Of a stretch of 64,000 nucleotides of DNA, positions 60,088 to 64,000 are shown piece by piece. Below the pieces are notes generated by a model. It saw nothing but the letters and a program-made list of their open reading frames with translations, ran no database searches and had not been told where the DNA came from. Each line of letters opens with the position of its first letter. Positions within the stretch are counted from its first letter, which is position 1. The stretch covers positions 2,546,237 through 2,610,236 of the forward strand of contig OY970352.1 of assembly GCA_963718105.1 (NCBI GenBank), written 5' to 3'. The stretch comes from an uncultured Acidobacteriota bacterium (GTDB lineage: Bacteria > Acidobacteriota > Blastocatellia > Pyrinomonadales > Pyrinomonadaceae). The position numbers and the translations under genes are program-made.

Positions 60088-61407
60088 ATGATAATTGTAA
60101 TTATCGGAGCTCAGTGGGGCGACGAAGGAAAAGGCAAAGTTGTGGACCTGCTGGCGGACAGGTTTGATGTAGTGGCGCGTTACCAGGGCGGGCACAATGC
60201 CGGGCATTCGGTTTATGTCGGCGATAAAGCCTTTGTTTTAAGGCTTTTACCTTCCGGTATCATCCACGAAGACAAGACCTGCGTGCTCGGAAACGGAATG
60301 GTCATCGACCCGAAGGCGTTTTTCGAAGAGGTCGATCAAATGGCCGCCCAGGGCATTTCCATCACCCCCGAACGCCTCAAGGTCAGCAGCCGGGCGCACC
60401 TGATACTTCCCTATCACCAGGTTTTGGACCATACGACCGAAGAACGGCTGGGCAACGAAAAAGTCGGCACGACGCTGCGCGGGATCGGCCCGGCGTATGA
60501 AGACAAGGCCGGCCGGCGCGGTATTCGCGTGGCGGATGCCTTGGTGCCCGAAGTTCTCGCGATGCGCGTCAAGCGTAACCTCGAAGACGCCAACCGCGTG
60601 ATAGAAGCTTACGGGCAGCAGCCGCTCGAAGCGGAGCCGATCATAAAGGAAACAACTGAGCTGGCCGAACGGCTGCGCCCTTTCGTTACCGAAACAACCC
60701 ATTTTATGGCTCAGGCAATAAAGGACGGCAAGCGGATCTTGTGCGAAGGCGCCCAGGCTACTTTGCTTGACGTCGATCACGGCACTTATCCCTATGTCAC
60801 CTCGTCAAACCCGACGGCGGGCGGCGCGGCGGTGGGGCTGGGAATTCCGCCCCATAAGATCTCCGGAGTGCTGGGTATTGTCCGGACCTATGCCACGCGC
60901 GTCGGCGAAGGGCCGTTCCCGACCGAAATGCTCGACGCCGAAGAACCGATCGCGCATCTTATCCGTGAACGCGGCAACGAATACGGCTCCGTCACCAAGC
61001 GTCCGCGGCGCTGCGGCTGGTTTGACGCGGTAGCCACCCGGTACGCGGCGGAACTCAACGGCTTTAACTCTATCGCTTTGACAAAACTGGACGTGCTGGA
61101 TGAACTGGATGAGATCAAGATCTGTACCGGTTACCAGATCAATGGCAAGGCGGTCGACCATTTTCCCGCCGTTTCACACGAATTGAAGAGTATCATTCCG
61201 ACCTACGAAACGCTGGAAGGCTGGAAAACGTCCACCGTGGGTGTTACCAGGATCGAAGACCTGCCGCCAAAAGCCCGTACTTATGTAGCTTTTTTGGCGG
61301 AATCGGTGGGAACGGAGATCGGCCTGATCTCGACCGGGCCGGAACGCGACCAGACCATAATCCTGCGCGATTCGGTGATGTCGGATTGGTTCAAGACATC
61401 GAGCTAG
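60088..61407 (+). CDS. purA: Adenylosuccinate synthetase
   Basis: 439 aa with GAQWGDEGKGK, GTTLRGIGPAYEDK and TKLDVLD. Confidence 0.95.
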   Translation: MIIVIIGAQWGDEGKGKVVDLLADRFDVVARYQGGHNAGHSVYVGDKAFVLRLLPSGIIHEDKTCVLGNGMVIDPKAFFEEVDQMAAQGISITPERLKVSSRAHLILPYHQVLDHTTEERLGNEKVGTTLRGIGPAYEDKAGRRGIRVADALVPEVLAMRVKRNLEDANRVIEAYGQQPLEAEPIIKETTELAERLRPFVTETTHFMAQAIKDGKRILCEGAQATLLDVDHGTYPYVTSSNPTAGGAAVGLGIPPHKISGVLGIVRTYATRVGEGPFPTEMLDAEEPIAHLIRERGNEYGSVTKRPRRCGWFDAVATRYAAELNGFNSIALTKLDVLDELDEIKICTGYQINGKAVDHFPAVSHELKSIIPTYETLEGWKTSTVGVTRIEDLPPKARTYVAFLAESVGTEIGLISTGPERDQTIILRDSVMSDWFKTSS

Positions 61408-61423
61408 AAGCGGCATTTTGATC

Positions 61424-61535
61424 ACCTCTCAGGTCAGGAAGGGTTGCTTGCGCCCGCTTTTTTTGGTTTTTTGAGTTTTCCCCTTCTGTTGATACGATCA
61501 AAGAGCGGGCGCAAGCGGCCCTTCCCGACCTGAAA
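61424..61535. repeat. BIME-like element, family A copy 4 (inside-out topology)
   Basis: AGGTCAGGAAGGGTTGCTTGCGCCCGCT (61431-61458), then a 43-nt linker, then AGAGCGGGCGCAAGCGGCCCTTCCCGACCT (61502-61531). Confidence 0.85.
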
Positions 61536-61705
61536 TTACCTGACTCGCTCTGTCTCAACCCAACCGACTTGTTAATATCGGCGTTATCGTTTTTTCTGTT
61601 ATACTTAATAAACTAATTGCGCACTTTGTGCATCTTAAATTTATCTTATTCGAGAATGTTTTTTTAATGAATACGGCCGACGAAAGCTTCAAAGAGGTAA
61701 ATCTA

Positions 61706-62875
61706 ATGCGTGTAAGGGTTTATAGCAAAGTTTGTGCGTCTTTTCTGCTGCTCGCGATGTGGATGGGAACATTTGGAACTCTGAGCGCTTTTGCTCAGAC
61801 GACCACTGCCACCCCCGCCAAGCAAGCCAAAGAAGATAAAAAATCAAAGGATCAAAAACAGGAAGCAGCTCCTGCGCAGGCTGCCCAGCAGAATAATCCG
61901 AATCGCCCGCTGGAGCCGAATGAAAATCCGGCGATGATCGGCAAGCGTAATATCAACAAGGGTTTTGTCGGCTGGTTGGGCGGCTCTCAGGAAAAAGAGA
62001 TCTCGATGGGACGTCAGGTCGCCATGCAGGTCGAACAGGAAGCCAAATTCGTCGACGATCCGATCGTCACGGAATACATCAACCGCGTCGGCCAGAACCT
62101 GGTGCTCCACTCTGACGCCAAAGTTCCTTTTACTATCAAGGTCATCGACTCCGACGAGATCAACGCTTTTGCGCTTCCGGGCGGATTTTTCTTTGTCAAT
62201 AAAGGCCTGATCCTGGCCGCGGACAACGAAGCCGAGGTAGCGGGTGTGATGGCGCACGAAATTGCGCACGTCGCCGCCCGTCACGCGGTAGAAAACGCGG
62301 GCAAAAATCAGTTGCTCGGCTACGGCATGTTGGCCGGTATGATCTTTGGCGGGCCGATCGCCAGCACCATTCTGCAAAACGGCGGCGGTATCCTGCAGGG
62401 CCTGGCTTTCCTGAAATTCAGCCGCGGTTCCGAAGGTGAAGCCGACCGTCTGGGCGTGCAGTATATGTATGCCGCGGGTTACGACCCGACCGCGATGGCG
62501 ACGATGTTTGAAAAGCTGGCCGCTCAGAACAAAAAGAAACCGAGCGCCCTTTTGAAGCTTTTCTCGACTCACCCGCAGCCTGTCGATCGCCGTGAAAACA
62601 CTCTGGGCCTGATCTCAAGATTTCCGGAACGCGACGAATATGTCATCAGCAGCTCTGAATTTCAACGGGTAAAAGCCCGCTTGCTGAGACTTTCCAACGC
62701 CCGCGCGTCGGCGACCGTCGATCTGGATGAGAACGGAAATTCGCGTCCGACCTTGAAACGCCGTTCACCGGATCCGGAAGAAGGCGACGCTCCGAAAGAC
62801 GCTCCTCCGACCTTAAAGAGAGGTTCGGACGATAAACCCGCCGGCGAGCAGCCGGCACCCGAAAAGAAACCGTAA
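61706..62875 (+). CDS. M48-family zinc metalloprotease (BepA/YfgC-like), secreted
   Basis: The ATG at 61706 is preceded by AAAGAGG. Signal peptide MRVRVYSKVCASFLLLAMWMGTFGTLSAFAQ. HExxH motif in VMAHEIAHVAARH, with a downstream GSEGEADRLG. Confidence 0.85.
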   Translation: MRVRVYSKVCASFLLLAMWMGTFGTLSAFAQTTTATPAKQAKEDKKSKDQKQEAAPAQAAQQNNPNRPLEPNENPAMIGKRNINKGFVGWLGGSQEKEISMGRQVAMQVEQEAKFVDDPIVTEYINRVGQNLVLHSDAKVPFTIKVIDSDEINAFALPGGFFFVNKGLILAADNEAEVAGVMAHEIAHVAARHAVENAGKNQLLGYGMLAGMIFGGPIASTILQNGGGILQGLAFLKFSRGSEGEADRLGVQYMYAAGYDPTAMATMFEKLAAQNKKKPSALLKLFSTHPQPVDRRENTLGLISRFPERDEYVISSSEFQRVKARLLRLSNARASATVDLDENGNSRPTLKRRSPDPEEGDAPKDAPPTLKRGSDDKPAGEQPAPEKKP

Positions 62876-62903
62876 TTTAAGAGCCCATCTCGCTCATTGA
62901 TCA

Positions 62904-62940
62904 AGCAGGAAATGTCTTTACATTTCCTGCTTTTGTTTTT
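62904..62940 (+). terminator. Rho-independent terminator after the M48 protease gene
   Basis: AGCAGGAAATG-TCTTTA-CATTTCCTGCT followed by TTTGTTTTT. Confidence 0.8.
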
Positions 62941-62984
62941 AGACTGTGGGAGTCAAAACCACGCTTTAAGTCGAGAAACTAAAT

Positions 62985-64000
62985 ATGAAAAGGACGGCCA
63001 TTTTTCCGATCACCCTGGTCCTTTTCTGCTGCTCAATTTTCACCTTTTCTATAAATGCACAGACAGTCGACCCGTTTCCGGCTTTGATCGGCCAGTGGGA
63101 AGGGCCGGAGCTTTCTATCCGGGGTAAGATCTACTCTTTGATCGTCATATTCGCCCACGGTTATAATGGCGATGATAGCGGCCTTAAAGTTGTGGTTTCA
63201 CGAAACATGGTTGACAAAAAAACCTGCCGTTATCCTGACTGCTTCGAACCTCCCTATCACACCGCGGATGCGAAATTTTCCCCCAGAGGCACGTCTTTTA
63301 CTCTCGTCGGAACAAACCGCAATGCTTTTTACGAAGGATCGCTTTCTTCAAATGGAGAAGATCTGACAATTTTTTCCCTCGCCGAACTGCCTTCGGGAAA
63401 AACTTCGAGAGCTTCATGGGACCTGAAAAGGAAGCCCATCTGCAACAGGCCTGAGGAGATGATGGCCGCTGCGCGCGACCTTTGGGAGGGCCGCCGTTTG
63501 TCCGAAGTTAAAGTTGCGCTGTCCGGCTGCCGGTCTATCAATACCTACGAAGACATAAACTTCCTGATATGGGGACTGCTGACTTTAAAAGATCCGGAGG
63601 CCGTAGATACTCGATATTACAGTAAGTACACCCGTGCTCTTGATCTGTTCGATAAGTCAATAAAACTAAATCCGCAAAACTCGATAGCTTATTTTGCCCG
63701 GGCGTTTATTAATTACGAAAGGGCATTGGAAATAATTAAGGAGGTAAATGCGGAGATCGAGGCTAATAAAAAGGAATCTGAGCGATATCTTCCAAGTAGA
63801 TGGACAGCCCAACAAATAGAACAAAAGAAGGAAGCCGCGCGGCGCGAATCGCTCCGATCTTTTAATGATGTGATCAATAATTACACGTTGATCTTATTTA
63901 ACGATGCCTTCGAACGCGATGCGTATGTAAAACGCGCTCAAACTTACTATGCGATGTGGAGCAAATGCGAGCAGAATCCCGAATACCTGGAAAATGCGTT
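62985..64000 (+). CDS. Hypothetical secreted protein, 3' end outside the window
   Basis: Not in the ORF track because it is open at the window edge. My translation from ATG 62985 gives MKRTAIFPITLVLFCCSIFTFSINAQTVDPFPALIGQWEG... and stays open to base 64000. The C-terminal part looks helical/TPR-like (ALDLFDKSIKLNPQNSIAYFARAFINYERALE). AT-richer than the core genes. Confidence 0.65.
   Translation, partial: MKRTAIFPITLVLFCCSIFTFSINAQTVDPFPALIGQWEGPELSIRGKIYSLIVIFAHGYNGDDSGLKVVVSRNMVDKKTCRYPDCFEPPYHTADAKFSPRGTSFTLVGTNRNAFYEGSLSSNGEDLTIFSLAELPSGKTSRASWDLKRKPICNRPEEMMAAARDLWEGRRLSEVKVALSGCRSINTYEDINFLIWGLLTLKDPEAVDTRYYSKYTRALDLFDKSIKLNPQNSIAYFARAFINYERALEIIKEVNAEIEANKKESERYLPSRWTAQQIEQKKEAARRESLRSFNDVINNYTLILFNDAFERDAYVKRAQTYYAMWSKCEQNPEYLENA

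Noticed and set aside
6355-61535. The possibility that the recurrent palindromes form a CRISPR array
   Set aside because: Copies are kilobases apart and sit in different intergenic regions. They are inverted rather than direct repeats and have no regular spacer periodicity. No cas genes are present in the window.

Overview
This looks like a chromosomal segment from a Gram-negative, probably Acidobacteriota-like organism. That placement is an inference from a carboxypeptidase-regulatory-domain TonB-dependent receptor, many TPR and secreted hypothetical proteins, and GC-rich REP-type repeats. I call about 50 protein genes. The housekeeping core is gdhA, glnE, an RluA-family pseudouridine synthase, a scattered pyrimidine set (pyrC, pyrB, pyrR, pyrD, pyrF), lon, engB, rho, glgA, purA and an M48 protease. 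These are interleaved with envelope and secreted proteins of unknown function. I saw no rRNA, tRNA, CRISPR array, transposase or integrase. Four things stand out. (1) An AT-richer two-gene island at about 46.9-49.0 kb holds a 380-aa beta-rich protein with an aerolysin/ETX-like Ser/Thr hairpin and a 5-TM partner, each behind a duplicated promoter plus leader. (2) An AT-richer region at about 52.8-56.2 kb holds a membrane-embedded NACHT NTPase, a decayed duplicate of the glgA 5' end, and a DUF1353-like gene. (3) A tightly coupled radical-SAM / hicB / hicA / GT28 operon is followed by a secreted 10-Cys mini-protein. (4) At least five families of intergenic palindromic repeats are present (BIME-like, multi-hairpin, MITE-like), plus several unique 24-31 bp perfect hairpins. 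All functional calls rest on motifs read from the translations. No database search was possible.
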